Positions 50,587 through 63,174 of a stretch of 63,758 bases of DNA are shown one piece after another. Numbering within the stretch: the first letter of the stretch is position 1; each line of letters begins with the position of its first letter. This stretch comes from Octopus bimaculoides (taxonomy: Eukaryota), in NCBI RefSeq assembly GCF_001194135.2, contig NC_068989.1:1731514-1795271 (forward strand). The letters are read 5' to 3'. The notes below the pieces were generated by a model. That model ran no database searches. It worked only from the letters and a program-made list of their open reading frames with translations, and was not told the DNA's origin. The position numbers and the translations under genes are program-made.

Positions 50587-51248
50587 ATATANNNNNNNNN
50601 NNNNNNNNNNNNNNNNNNNNNNNNNNNNNNNNNNNNNNNNNNNNNNNNNNNNNNNNNNNNNNNNNNNNNNNNNNNNNNNNNNNNNNNNNNNNNNNNNNNN
50701 NNNNNNNNNNNNNNNNNNNNNNNNNNNNNNNNNNNNNNNNNNNNNNNNNNNNNNNNNNNNNNNNNNNNNNNNNNNNNNNNNNNNNNNNNNNNNNNNNNNN
50801 NNNNNNNNNNNNNNNNNNNNNNNNNNNNNNNNNNNNNNNNNNNNNNNNNNNNNNNNNNNNNNNNNNNNNNNNNNNNNNNNNNNNNNNNNNNNNNNNNNNN
50901 NNNNNNNNNNNNNNNNNNNNNNNNNNNNNNNNNNNNNNNNNNNNNNNNNNNNNNNNNNNNNNNNNNNNNNNNNNNNNNNNNNNNNNNNNNNNNNNNNNNN
51001 NNNNNNNNNNNNNNNNNNNNNNNNNNNNNNNNNNNNNNNNNNNNNNNNNNNNNNNNNNNNNNNNNNNNNNNNNNNNNNNNNNNNNNNNNNNNNNNNNNNN
51101 NNNNNNNNNNNNNNNNNNNNNNNNNNNNNNNNNNNNNNNNNNNTATATATATATATATACACACATAAATATATACATATATATACGTGTATGTACACGA
51201 AAGTACATATGTATATGTATATATATACATATATACATACAAGTGCGC

Positions 51249-51293
<45 letters not shown>

Positions 51294-51468
51294 CACGAAC
51301 AAACACATAGACACGCACACACACATGCATGTATTGCATGTGTGTGTGTATTTTATCTATTTGTAAAAATATTTTTACTGTTTTAATCTCTTTCTCGCTT
51401 GTATTTGGACCGTTACCACTACTATGACGACGGCCACCACCACCACCACTCCGCCGCAGCCACCACAC

Positions 51469-51499
<31 letters not shown>

Positions 51500-51695
51500 G
51501 ACCAATAACTGTAACAGTTTATACTGAAAACAACCACTGGCAAAAATAACATCTACTACTACTACTACAAACAACATTATCAATGCTACCACCACTACCA
51601 CCACCACCACCTCCAGCGGAGAAATAGCGACAACAGTAACAACAACAACAACCACAGTGCCACACACGAAATAATCACCGACGCCCTGAAACAAC

Positions 51696-51912
51696 GAGGC
51701 CCCTATGTGGTCGCTCGACCGGTTAGAAATAGCAGCTAAATCTCCTTGAAATCATACCCTTGAGTCTTTTCTATTAAAAATTAACACACTGGATAATGTA
51801 ACTCAAGATACACTGTGTCCCCAAAAAATAGACGGATGGTCACGGGAGGAGTGTCTTTGGTTATGAAGTCTTTTCGATCAGGATTTGGCTGCGACTAAGC
51901 AACACCAACAGC
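51696..51912 (+). mobile_element. Interspersed repeat family F, near full length
   Basis: gaggcccctatgtggtcgctcgacc..tagaaatagcagctaaatctcc...ggataatgta...ggatggtcacgg...aacaccaac. Fragments also at 49566, 62098 and 62782. Confidence 0.7.
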
Positions 51913-52607
51913 GCTATTTTTATTACGTCCAGCCTCGTCACACCCGTGCACATCATCATCATCGTCATCATCATCATCACCAACACCACAACTACAATCT
52001 TCAATAAAACCTCCACCACTCCCAAAGCTATTAACACCCGTAACTATCGCCAAAACCTCCAGCTAGACATGCCACCACGACCACCACCACTAATTGCCAA
52101 CTCAAATCCTTATAACACACCCTGATACAACTTTCTTGAACACATCTACCCCGGTTGAGCTGTCACTTCAGACCATACCTAATCTAAACCCAGTTCAGGG
52201 TGTGATGTTTTGTTTATTTTTAGCTGTTTTATTATTTCAGAAAACAGCAAAAACTGCATCGGAGTGGCAGAAGCAGGGAAGCACTGAACTCGATGACTTC
52301 AAATAGTTTAGTTCTATCCTTTAATATTCAGAGTTTAAATTCTCAAACATCTTCCACCACCACCACCACCACCACCACCACTACCGGCGGGTGGGTAGTT
52401 AACTTTTGTCTTACATCTACCCCAGGGTGATAGAATATATACTAACCAAGTAGAGGAGAAACTTCAATTCATTGTTCTTTGCGTTGTGAGTTCAAACCTA
52501 TTTGTGGGGTAGACTTAATCCTCTTCACCTGGTATCTCTGGGGCTTTGAAAGGGGAATCCATTCTGTAAGAAGCACTCAAGATGTGTGAAGGAGATCAAA
52601 AGACGAC

Positions 52608-52816
52608 TGGTAGAATCACTAGCACGCTGGACGAAATGCTTAGCGGTATCTCGTCTGTCTTTACGTTCTGAGTTCAAAGATAAAGCCGAGGTCGACTTTA
52701 TCTTTCATCCTTTCGAGGTCGATAAATTAAGTACCAGTTATGCACTGGGATCGATCTAATCGACTATCCCCTCACCAAATTTCAGGCCTTGAGCCTATAA
52801 TAGAAAAGAATAGAAA
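52608..52816 (+). mobile_element. SINE family A
   Basis: ctggtagaatc.ctagcacg...gccgaggtcgacttt.tctttcatcctttcgaggtcgataaattaagtaccag...tagaaaagaa. Confidence 0.92.
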
Positions 52817-52930
52817 AGAATGCTGGCAAAATCGGCGTTCTCAAAATGGTATAACATCTTGAGAAACCGTGCTCTGAGCACCAAGACCAAGACCCGGATA
52901 ATAAACTGCTATGTCTACACTGTGTTAATG
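52817..52930 (+). pseudogene. RTE LINE fragment (post-RT region)
   Basis: RMLAKSAFSKWYNILRNRALSTKTKTRIINCYVYTVLM resembles RTE I.MAK.AF.KL..IL.NR..S..TK.R...CYV.S.L.YG. Confidence 0.7.
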
Positions 52931-53574
52931 GAATTCTTTGACAATCCGTTTTGCTCTCCAGCCTTGTGGTGTCAATGAAATAAAATACCAGACATGTTTT
53001 GGTCTTACGCTGACCTCATCAGGAAAATATACATCATGATACCTGACGAGGTTGGGATGAGAAAATAACAAAACTAAATAAATTAATGAGATTCTACATT
53101 CATTGATGTTTCTTTAAACACAACATTTACAAATCTCATTTATTCTTCAGCGACAATTCTATCTTGGTAGCTCCATAAGGTTCCCTTCGTTAAATATGTT
53201 AATACAAATTTAACTTTTGTCTTTCTTAGAAATGGCAACTTTGAATTATTTATTCGCCAAATGTAAATTCGATCTCCACCTGTTCGTGACATAAACACAC
53301 GACTCACTAAAATACAAACTACACACATACTGTCCTCCTCGTCTCCCTCTCTCCTTCTCTCTCTCTCTCTCTCACTCACTCAAGCACTTGGTTCTTTCTC
53401 ACTCTCCCCACCCCTTCTTTCTCTTCCTTTTGTTAAATAATTATTACTCCTTGGGCCGAGGTGTCTCTAAGTTTATTTTCATTTCAAATAGAAAAATACC
53501 CATTCGTGTGGGTGTCTTTACAAACAGGTGTTCATTTGGTATTGAAACAGTCGCAGCGTTGCTTTACGCGCGCG

Positions 53575-53609
<35 letters not shown>

Positions 53610-53736
53610 GTACATATGTATATATATATATATACATATTGACGCATATGTAATTAGATGTGTGCATGTATATATATATATATATATATATGAATATAGA
53701 TATATATAGATATATTCATATATATANNNNNNNNNN

Positions 53737-53777
<41 letters not shown>

Positions 53778-54302
53778 ATGTATGTATGCATGAATGTAGG
53801 TATGTATGTATATGCATATATATATATATTCATATATATGCACTTGAGTATTACTTGTGTATATATTAATGTATTTATTATATTATCATGTACATAACTG
53901 CATGTATGTAGGAATGAATCAAGCATACGGGTATGTTTGTACACATGTGCCTGTGAATGCGTCTGTGTGTGTGTGTGCAAGACAGAGAGAGAGTGTGTGT
54001 GTGTGTGTGTGTATGTGCGNNNNNNNNNNCCGTAATTATTGGGTAGGAGCGGTCAGTGGCCATTGTTCCAGACGGTGTCTAAACACTTGTTGGAATCGTC
54101 CAGGTAGCATCTGCCCGTCACATGTTGTTGGATTCATTCAAACTATAAGCAAAACAAATCAGAAGCGAGGAAACATGATATGTGAAATGGAGGAATGCTT
54201 CGAAAAGTTGCTTACGTGGTGAATGAATGAAATAAAAACACTCTGTGTGTAGATACATACATNNNNNNNNNNAATAAAAACACTCTGTGTGTAGATACAT
54301 AC

Positions 54303-54343
<41 letters not shown>

Positions 54344-54415
54344 CGTATGCCTAGATACTTACACATGTATATACAAATGTCTGCGTATGTGTTATGCATA
54401 TGTATATATACATAC

Positions 54416-54446
<31 letters not shown>

Positions 54447-54750
54447 TATATAAACATGCATATATATACATTTATATACCCCTACCTCTACCCCCACCCT
54501 CAGCCTAACCCACACTCCACCCATGCTTTCCCCACCTCCCAACACCCTCACATCACACCACGCACACACTACAACTGACCAACTCCTTTCTCCCCTCCCC
54601 ATTTTCACACATGCATACGTCAAGATCACCAGCATTCTATCTCTCACACACACAGCCCCTCGTTCTTCGATCACCGTTCTTTCTCCCCCTTTTGTTATCT
54701 CCCCCTTTTCTTAGCTCTCCTGTGTAAAAAAAAAAAAAATTTCTAACTTC

Positions 54751-54966
54751 CGGTCAGCCATAGCTATGATTGACCGTTGACCGTTGACCGTTGACACTAT
54801 TCAATTTTTTTTCTCCGTGTTTTTCTCCTTGTCTCCGTATTCTTTCTATTGAAGAGCGTAGCTCGAAACGTTAAAGACTTTCCGTATTCCCGAGCGTCAT
54901 ACTAATACATCCTTTTGTTGTTTACACCACCTGTCCTCGTCTGTTGTTTTTTCGTACATTCTCCCA
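54751..54966 (+). mobile_element. Short repeat element with (TTGACCG)n and a hammerhead-like motif (PLE-terminus-like)
   Basis: (TTGACCG)3.7 at 54770-54795, then the hammerhead-like fold at 54841-54877, ending at an (AT)n tract. Confidence 0.5.
54841..54877 (+). ncRNA. Hammerhead-like motif with variant core
   Basis: TCTTT CTATTGA A GAGC gta GCTC GAAA C GTT AAAGA. 5-bp stem I, 4-bp stem II, ACGT palindrome and GUU site. The core differs at G5 and A6. Confidence 0.55.
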
Positions 54967-55319
54967 TATATATATACATACATGCATATATATATACATA
55001 TATTTATATATACATATATACATTTGCATATCTATACATATATATGTTTGTATATGTATATATACTGTTCGACGAAGTCTAGCAAGGCGAACCTTCGAAG
55101 TCACTGTCACTCTTTCTCTTGTAACAGTTAAATAAACAATTATTTTACCTAAAAGCATTGGGTAATTCTTCAGTTTAATGTGTTTGTGTTTTTTTGTTTT
55201 GGTTTGTGCTTGTTTTTCTTTCCTTTCTGTTTTTCGTTCGTTTGTTTGTTTTTTGGTTTTTGGTTTTTGTCATTTTTCTTTGCGAGGTGTGTTCTTTTTT
55301 TTTTTTTTGTTATTACAAT

Positions 55320-55545
55320 GAGGCAATACTGCGACCTGGCAGAATCGTTGGCGCGTCGGACAAAATACTTAGCGGCATTGTCTTCTGGCTCTTTACGTTC
55401 TTAGTTCAACTTTCGTCATCGTCAAATCTGACTCTCATCCTTCCGGGGGTCGATAGAATAAAGTACCCTTCGAACACTCAGGTCGACATCATCGAATTCC
55501 CCTCCGCCTATAATTCCTGGCCTTGAGACAAAATTTGAAACAATT
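55320..55545 (+). mobile_element. Degenerate SINE family A
   Basis: ctggcagaatcgttggcgcg.cggacaaaatacttagcggcatt...catccttccgggggtcgatag...ggccttgagacaaaatttgaaac. Confidence 0.8.
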
Positions 55546-55579
55546 ACAACTTGACACAGAAACAAACATTAAGAATATA

Positions 55580-55623
<44 letters not shown>

Positions 55624-55629
55624 CATTCC

Positions 55630-55752
55630 TTTATTCTTTTGCCGAACCGCTAAGTTACGGTTTTTGTTTGTTATTTTAAATGGCTTATAAACACCTTCCA
55701 CGCTGCAATTGTTTTCGTTCCAGCACACGATCTCAGATCAGATCACTTGCTG
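55630..55752 (-). mobile_element. SINE D-part fragment
   Basis: tcttttgccgaaccgctaagttacgg matches the D parts at 44785 and 61560. Confidence 0.6.
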
Positions 55753-56099
55753 TGCAAGTACATCTCGTAATATAAATATATAATAGAGTGTTAATTGTCA
55801 TCTGACTTGAAATATTTGGAATATACTCTTGCCACTGAAAGTTATATAAGTTAATGTTACATAAATGTAATAATCATACTTCCACCCTATTCAAATTTCT
55901 TGATGCTTGCGCAAAATAATGAAATGATTACAATAAAAATATCTATTAAATTCTAATAATATTAAGTATTGCAAATTTCTAATTTTATGTTTGGAATAAA
56001 TTTATGCTATGAATAACAATAATACTGTTTAACTATTAATTGATTACGGATGTATCATTAAATGGTTTTACCTACTATGGCAAAAGTATATTGCTAGTA

Positions 56100-56137
56100 T
56101 TACTTGTTATATAACAAGTAACACTATAGTCTATAGT
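56100..56137. repeat. 22-bp perfect palindrome followed by a 15-nt palindrome
   Basis: TTACTTGTTATATAACAAGTAA (56100-56121) and ACTATAG-T-CTATAGT (56123-56137). Confidence 0.9.
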
Positions 56138-56316
56138 TACCAAGGTAGATAAATCCAAAATAAATGTTAGGTTGAAAACCCCTTTTGGATGCAAAATATC
56201 GAAGGCTACACGTGAGATACGAACCTTCGTTTCCTGTGGACGTGTCAAGCGTTCTGTCATTGGACCAAAGCAATGTGTGTGTGTGTGTGTGTGTGTATAA
56301 GTGTGTNNNNNNNNNN

Positions 56317-56357
<41 letters not shown>

Positions 56358-57082
56358 GGCGCGCAGTGTGTGTGTAGATAGATAGACAGATAGATAGATA
56401 GATAGATAGATGCATGCATGCATACATACATACATACATACATATAAACAACTTCTACTGCAATACGGATAACAATAACGTATATACTATTTCACCTCTG
56501 CCCGTATTATGGTAATACTGTTATACACTGTCATAGAGATTTATATAAAACAATAGAACATTATTTGCGACGTGATACAATAAATGCATTTAGACTTAGT
56601 TTGAAAGTGGGTGTGTAAATGTGTGCCCGTGTTTCTATGCTTATGTGTGTACGTGCAACTACATCGGAATATAAATGTGTGTTAGTCTACTTTATACATC
56701 TGCTTATATTCACATTATTCATATTATCTAACTCTATCTGTACGTAGCATTGTAACCAACAAAGAATAATGTTAACTTGTACGTGTACGAATGTATTTGG
56801 ATGTGTGTATATATATATGTGTGTGTGTGTGTATATCTATATATCTATATATCTATATCTATATATATATATAGGGAGAGAGAGTGTGTGAGAGAAAGAG
56901 CGTGTGTGTTTATTAATGCTACATAATTATATAATTATATATATAATATGTATATATTAACACTGCCTAGTTATACACACGCATACACATATATACACTA
57001 ACAATCCGTGTAGGTGTGTGTTTGTTAGTGTATATATGTGTATGTGTGTGAGAGACTGTGTGCGTGCATGTGTGTGTATGTG

Positions 57083-57118
<36 letters not shown>

Positions 57119-58332
57119 GGTCCGTGTCCCATTCTCTATGCATCTCTGTCTGCAATCTATGTTTGTACTTGTCTTCAGCCAACTTTGTCTCTGCGTGAGT
57201 TCGCGTGCATGTGTATCCTTCTGATTAGATCTTTGTGTGTGGTCGTGTTTTTGTGTGCGCATGTGTGTGTGTCTATAAAAGTGTATGTATGAGTGTGTGA
57301 TCTCTACGCTAATCCCTAGTGTTACTCTGTGTGTGTTTGTACATATGTATATATGTATGTGTGTGTTTATCTATCCTTCTGTAAGTCGTATGCATGTGGT
57401 CGCGCTTATGTATTAGTGTACGATCTTCTCTGAAAACCTTTTGTGTGTGTACGCGCGCGCGCCCGCGTGTGTGTGTACGTGTGATGTGATTCTGTATGTA
57501 TACTTGTGTGTGGGTGTGGGTGTTTTTGTGTGTGCGTGCGCCCATCTTTCTGTGTGGTCCACACAGAACAGAGAGTCCATTGCACAACCGCCCTAGTAAC
57601 AATTAAACAACTCTCACATTGAATATCCTCTCTCATTTTCAATGAATGTTTATGCAAGATCTTTAACACCGGGATTATATAAACTACAGACCACACCAAA
57701 ACTACAGACCACACCATCAACAATAGCAGCACCACAAACAACAACTACCACCACCACCACCACCACCACCACCACCACTACCATCACTCGCACCGATAAA
57801 ACACCACATGACTACGTAAACAACGGTAAGAATTGTAGGNNNNNNNNNNNNNNNNNNNNNNNNNNNNNNNNNNNNNNNNNNNNNNNNNNNNNNNNNNNNN
57901 NNNNNNNNNNNNNNNNNNNNNNNNNNNNNNNNNNNNNNNNNNNNNNNNNNNNNNNNNNNNNNNNNNNNNNNNNNNNNNNNNNNNNNNNNNNNNNNNNNNN
58001 NNNNNNNNNNNNNNNNNNNNNNNNNNNNNNNNNNNNNNNNNNNNNNNNNNNNNNNNNNNNNNNNNNNNNNNNNNNNNNNNNNNNNNNNNNNNNNNNNNNN
58101 NNNNNNNNNNNNNNNNNNNNNNNNNNNNNNNNNNNNNNNNNNNNNNNNNNNNNNNNNNNNNNNNNNNNNNNNNNNNNNNNNNNNNNNNNNNNNNNNNNNN
58201 NNNNNNNNNNNNNNNNNNNNNNNNNNNNNNNNNNNNNNNNNNNNNNNNNNNNNNNNNNNNNNNNNNNNNNNNNNNNNNNNNNNNNNNNNNNNNNNNNNNN
58301 TATATATACATATATATTTTTGTGTGTGTGGT

Positions 58333-59560
58333 TTAGTTCCAGCAGTAGTATGCCATCTTGTATTTGTCCCACCTGCTTTGATACATTTCCTTAATGCCTC
58401 TTATATCCTAGTAGAACTTCGCCCTTCGTTGCTCACTGAAATCTCCAAGCTTCTCAGGAAATCTATCCAAGTAGTTAAAGAGGAAAATTAGAATCTATGA
58501 TAAGTTTACGAATAAGAGGAATATTAAATATTCCACTATTTAATCTTTCAATCCTCAAGTCCTAGAGCGATCTGCAAATGTACTTGAAGCAATCACCATC
58601 TTTGTCCGAAGCTTTAATAAATTACTTCATCTGTCGAAGTCTAATATAGAGAGGATGGAGAATGATGTTTACTCTTTGAATTCTTTGTTAATGACGTTCA
58701 CTGTTGCCACAGCAATTATCTCCGTTGAAGGCCAATGTTAATCATCTTGTTTTGCTCTTCTGTCTCATAACCTCATGAAACAAGAGTATTTCATGCTGTC
58801 CAAGCAAAACATAAAAAAAAGCATCGACAAAGCAAATAAACCACGGGTGCTCATAAGAGAAGGCAATTTTGACATTTTCATTTCCCGTAAGTTTAATTAA
58901 ACGAACAATTGCTAAGGTTGCTTAGCGGTTCCATTGTGTAGCAAAACACATTTCAAGATTCTGGTGGAGCTGTCTGTAAAACGCCTGCAATATTTTGATG
59001 GATATTCTGGTGATTTCATTTGGAGAAAAGTCCAGGATTATTATAGATGTAGACAAAATCTTTATCTTTGCTTAAATAAGAAAGAAATATTAACCTCCAT
59101 CCAACCTCATTTTCGATAGAATGTTACTTTAACTTCTGGTTGCAAACAGTTCTTTTCTATTAACCTGGCAGCCCAACATTCAGTTTGACTGCATTTAGAA
59201 GTTGAAATTTGATATAAGATCGTTAAGTTCTTTCGTGGGGAACTGTTTTGGTGTCAAAAAACTGACCCCATATTCATCTTCGCTCCTTCGGTAGACACCA
59301 ACCTCTGCAATTCTTCGAAATTTGACGATAGAAGGTCAGAGAGAGAAGTAAACACAAGTGGGGACTTCAGCTAATTGGTGGTACGGGTCGCTTTGTAAAT
59401 TCAACGCCAAAATATTAATAAGTTTAATTTTAGTAACAACTGAAGCTTTTTCACTTTAATGATACACAAATAACAATCGCTGGTCTTGTGGCTCTCATAA
59501 CACCATAAGCACTTCAAAGTTTAAATCTTTCTTCTTTGTCCTCTTGTCCATTACCGAAGA
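58333..59560 (-). pseudogene. DNA transposase relic of the LPPLHIKLG/GERFHQD family (Chapaev3-like by recall)
   Basis: Fragments in order: FEVLMVL*EPQD, DCYLC, RPVP, KELNDLI, VTFYR, FTDSSTRILKCVLLHNG, LLGQH, KYSCF..*DRRAK, NVIN, IILHPLYIRLRQMK*FIKASDKDGDCFKYIC, IFNIPLIRKLI, YLDRFPEKLGDFSE, RWD..KMAYYCW. Many frameshifts and stops. Confidence 0.85.
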
Positions 59561-59567
59561 GACTCTT

Positions 59568-59602
<35 letters not shown>

Positions 59603-60053
59603 TATATATGCGTCTGTATGCGTATGTGTGTATATGTATAATTATATATATATATATATATATATATANNNNNNNNNNNNNNNNNNNNNNNNNNNNNNNN
59701 NNNNNNNNNNNNNNNNNNNNNNNNNNNNNNNNNNNNNNNNNNNNNNNNNNNNNNNNNNNNNNNNNNNNNNNNNNNNNNNNNNNNNNNNNNNNNNNNNNNN
59801 NNNNNNNNNNNNNNNNNNNNNNNNNNNNNNNNNNNNNNNNNNNNNNNNNNNNNNNNNNNNNNNNNNNNNNNNNNNNNNNNNNNNNNNNNNNTTTTCATGT
59901 CACGACCCGTATTTCTATGCTTGTCATGTTTCTATACATTCTGTTTGATCGCACCATGTTCATAATAGTGTCAAAATTGAATTAATAAATTAGTTTTACT
60001 ACTACAACTACTACTAATAATGTGTGTGTGTGTGTGTGTGTGTGTGAGACAAA

Positions 60054-60430
60054 TACTGTCAGATCATTGATATAGCCATACCAAATGACATGAATGTTGT
60101 GAGTAAAGAGGTTGGAAAAATCACCAAGTACTCCGAACTGAAAGTGGAAATGGCAAGACTGTACGGAATGCGAGGGGATAATGTAAAAGTGATACCAGTG
60201 GTGATCGGAGCGTTGGGCTCAATCCCATTGAAACTTCAAGACTTCTTAAGGCAACTGGAAATCCAATGCCAGATTGATGTCTTGCAAAAAGCAGTCTTAT
60301 TGGGTACAGCGCACTTCTTAAGGAAAGTTTTATCTGTCTGGGTTCCTTGTTGTGACTTGACAGATGACTAAAGACTCCGGTGCATTTTTACCTACACTGT
60401 GTTACGAAGGAATAATAATAATAATAATAA
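60054..60430 (+). pseudogene. 3' end of a restriction-like-endonuclease non-LTR retroelement (R2/R4/NeSL/HERO type) with (AAT)n tail
   Basis: CQIIDIAIPNDMNVVSKEVGKITKYSELKVE...VKVIPVVIGALGSIP...LQKAVLLGTAHFLRKVL, then a short UTR and (AAT)n at 60411-60430. Confidence 0.92.
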
Positions 60431-61182
60431 CTTGAACTTTTAACTTGTCTCTTGAGGTATCTGNNNNNNNNNNNNNNNNNNNNNNNNNNNNNNNNNNNNN
60501 NNNNNNNNNNNNNNNNNNNNNNNNNNNNNNNNNNNNNNNNNNNNNNNNNNNNNNNNNNNNNNNNNNNNNNNNNNNNNNNNNNNNNNNNNNNNNNNNNNNN
60601 NNNNNNNNNNNNNNNNNNNNNNNNNNNNNNNNNNNNNNNNNNNNNNNNNNNNNNNNNNNNNNNNNNNNNNNNNNNNNNNNNNNNNNNNNNNNNNNNNNNN
60701 NNNNNNNNNNNNNNNNNNNNNNNNNNNNNNNNNNNNNNNNNNNNNNNNNNNNNNNNNNNNNNNNNNNNNNNNNNATATATATATATATATATACACATAT
60801 ACATACTCAGCAATCGGTTCTTTCAAACAGACGACACATTGTTACTTCATTTGTCCTTTGTCTTCTATTTTCATCAAACGATAACCCAGTAAATCGATTA
60901 CTGTTTCTTTTTTCTGATTGATGACATCGCATTTCAGAAATAGATTTTTACAAATATTAATTATCAAATAGTTTTTAATTGAAATAATTAGTCAAAAATA
61001 TTAATACATAAATATATTCATTTTAAAAATAAAACAAAAAATGTCTTAATTCTTATTCAGAAAAGTTGTAAATATAAATTATAAATGTAGATAGAATATT
61101 AGCACAAAATTAATTAATAATTATTAACAATTATAATTAAATCAGAACTACAAAATTAACTTATTTCTATTCTCGGCTTTAG

Positions 61183-61253
61183 CTGCAGTTATCGTCAACA
61201 TAAACCTTCATAAAAATGTATTGAGTCAAACAAAATTTCGTTTGCTGCACGAA
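61183..61253 (+). CDS. Candidate internal exon (xAVIVNINLHKNVLSQTKFRLLHE), unidentified
   Basis: Acceptor tttctattctcggctttAG, donor GAA|GTAAGT, and one open frame. No homologue recognised. Confidence 0.25.
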
Positions 61254-61420
61254 GTAAGTTTTTGGGTATTTCATGTGAATTTTTAGCACCAATTCTGTGA
61301 ATAAATTTGAAGGATTGCTGCTTTTAGCTTCTCATCTTCCCTGAATACTCTTTGTTTCTGGTTATAGAAGAAAATTGTTTATTTCACGTTCTTCATTCAA
61401 AAAGTACTTTCAATTTTTGA

Positions 61421-61680
61421 TTGGGCAAGTGTCTTTTACTATGGCTCTGGGACGATCAATACCTTGGAAGGGAATTTGGTGGACGAAAACTGTGTGGAAG
61501 CACATCATGTACGTATTTATGTGTTTGTGCTTATCTCTTGGTGTTGATTTGTCTCTGTAATTTAGTGGTTCGGCAAAAGATCGATGGAATAAGTACTAAA
61601 CTTAAAATTGCAAGTACTGTGATCAATTTGATCGAGGTGGTGCCCCAGCATGGCCGCAGTCTAATGAATAAAGCAAGTTA
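61421..61680 (+). mobile_element. Composite SINE B+D, 5'-truncated
   Basis: ttgggcaagtgtctttt...ggacgaaaactgtgtggaagc...ttagtggttcggcaaaaga...ggtgccccagcatggccgcagtc. Confidence 0.85.
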
Positions 61681-61745
61681 GAAAATATACTTTACCTTGA
61701 ATACACAGAATAAAAACGTTACTTGTAAAATATTTTATCAAATTC

Positions 61746-61875
61746 TTCCGCCGAGGTCGACTTTGCCTTTCGTCCTTTCGGAGCCGATAAACTAAGTACC
61801 ACCTGTGTACTGGGGTCGATCTAATCGAGTGGCCCCATCCCCCAAAATTTCAGGCCTTGTGCTTAGAGTAGAAAA
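61746..61875 (+). mobile_element. SINE family A 3' two-thirds
   Basis: ttccgccgaggtcgactttgcctttcgtcctttcgg...ggggtcgatctaatcga...ggccttgtgcttagagtagaaaa. Confidence 0.9.
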
Positions 61876-62387
61876 CACTATTTTACCAGTTCTTGTAGAT
61901 CTAACGTCCATTTTTAAACGATCAATTAGCTAATTGATTAAACGATTGACTGGTCGACAAATAAATAACAAAGATGTGAAATAGAACAAGTGCGTGTGTT
62001 TGTTATAGGCATAATGACCTTCCCGAGGCAAAACAAAAAGTAGAGTTAGATTATCATGTTCTGTCTATTTCAGATGACAAATTGTAATTTTAAGAAGATT
62101 TGGCTGCCATTTCTTGTAATCTGACGACTGCGTAGTGGTTGCCTCGTTGCTATGTTGCTTTGTGTGTGGTATGTGAGTATGTCTGACTTCTTGACCCTCT
62201 CAGTTGCAGATTCTCACAAAAGAAGACATCCGAAGAATGACTGTTCTGGTTCAAGAACAACGTATCTCCATTATTCTTAAACCCCAGTATGTCTGCGAAT
62301 TGAATAAACACACAAAACACACACACACACACACACTCACACACACACACACACACACANNNNNNNNNNCACACACACACACACACT

Positions 62388-62426
<39 letters not shown>

Positions 62427-63020
62427 ACATGCGCATACGCAAAAACACACATACACATACATACACATTCAACACACACGCACACAAAAAACACTTATAC
62501 ACTCACGCACGCATATACACACAAACGCACACACACATACAAACAAAAGCATACATACACATACAGTGAGTGGCTGTGTGTGTCAGTTTGTAAGAAGTTT
62601 GCTTCATTTTAGATTGATCTGACAGAAATAGCAGCCAAATGTCCCTTGATACACATCTTACTGTCTTAGGCATGCTCATATGCATAAACCAGCGAGGGAG
62701 TTACTGCATAACAGCTAGACCTAAGCGAAATAGCAATCAAATCACACCTTACTCTCTTACTTATGTGTAAGCCAACGATAGAGACCTCTATGTGGTCACT
62801 GGACAGGTTAGAAACAGCTGCCAAATCTCCATCAAAGTAGAACTTAGACCTTTCAAAACTTTGGAATGGCACAAAAGCCACCATCAGAAATATGGAACTC
62901 CATATCTTGGCTGTGCCAATGATGTCAGGAAAATTTACAAGGTACAAATGCTTCATTTGTTGAATATCTCTTCCAGCAACTGATTTTTTTTTGGTGGGGG
63001 AGGTGATTTAAAGGGCTCCC

Positions 63021-63141
63021 ATTTGCTAGAGGGCCGCACCAATGAAAGTCAATTAAATTATAGAGGAAGCACCATCTAGGGCCGCCGGAAGAATGCTTCA
63101 GGGCAACATGCGGCCCTGGGAACCGCGGTTAAGAACCGCTG
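63021..63141. mobile_element. hAT-type MITE terminal fragment
   Basis: Ends gcggccc...gcGGTTAAGAACCGCTG (63127-63141), the reverse complement of a CAGCGGTTCT-type terminus. Confidence 0.5.
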
Positions 63142-63174
63142 ATCTAGATGCCTTCCCTGCAGTATCTCTGATGT

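Noticed and set aside
54231-54304. Perfect 32-bp direct repeat either side of a 10-N gap
   Set aside because: Typical unmerged contig overlap, so an assembly artefact.
55064-55107. TCGACGA-A-GTCT/AGGC-GAAC-CTTCGAAG-TC hammerhead-like string
   Set aside because: Three core mismatches and only a 2-bp stem I. It cannot be distinguished from chance without a family consensus.
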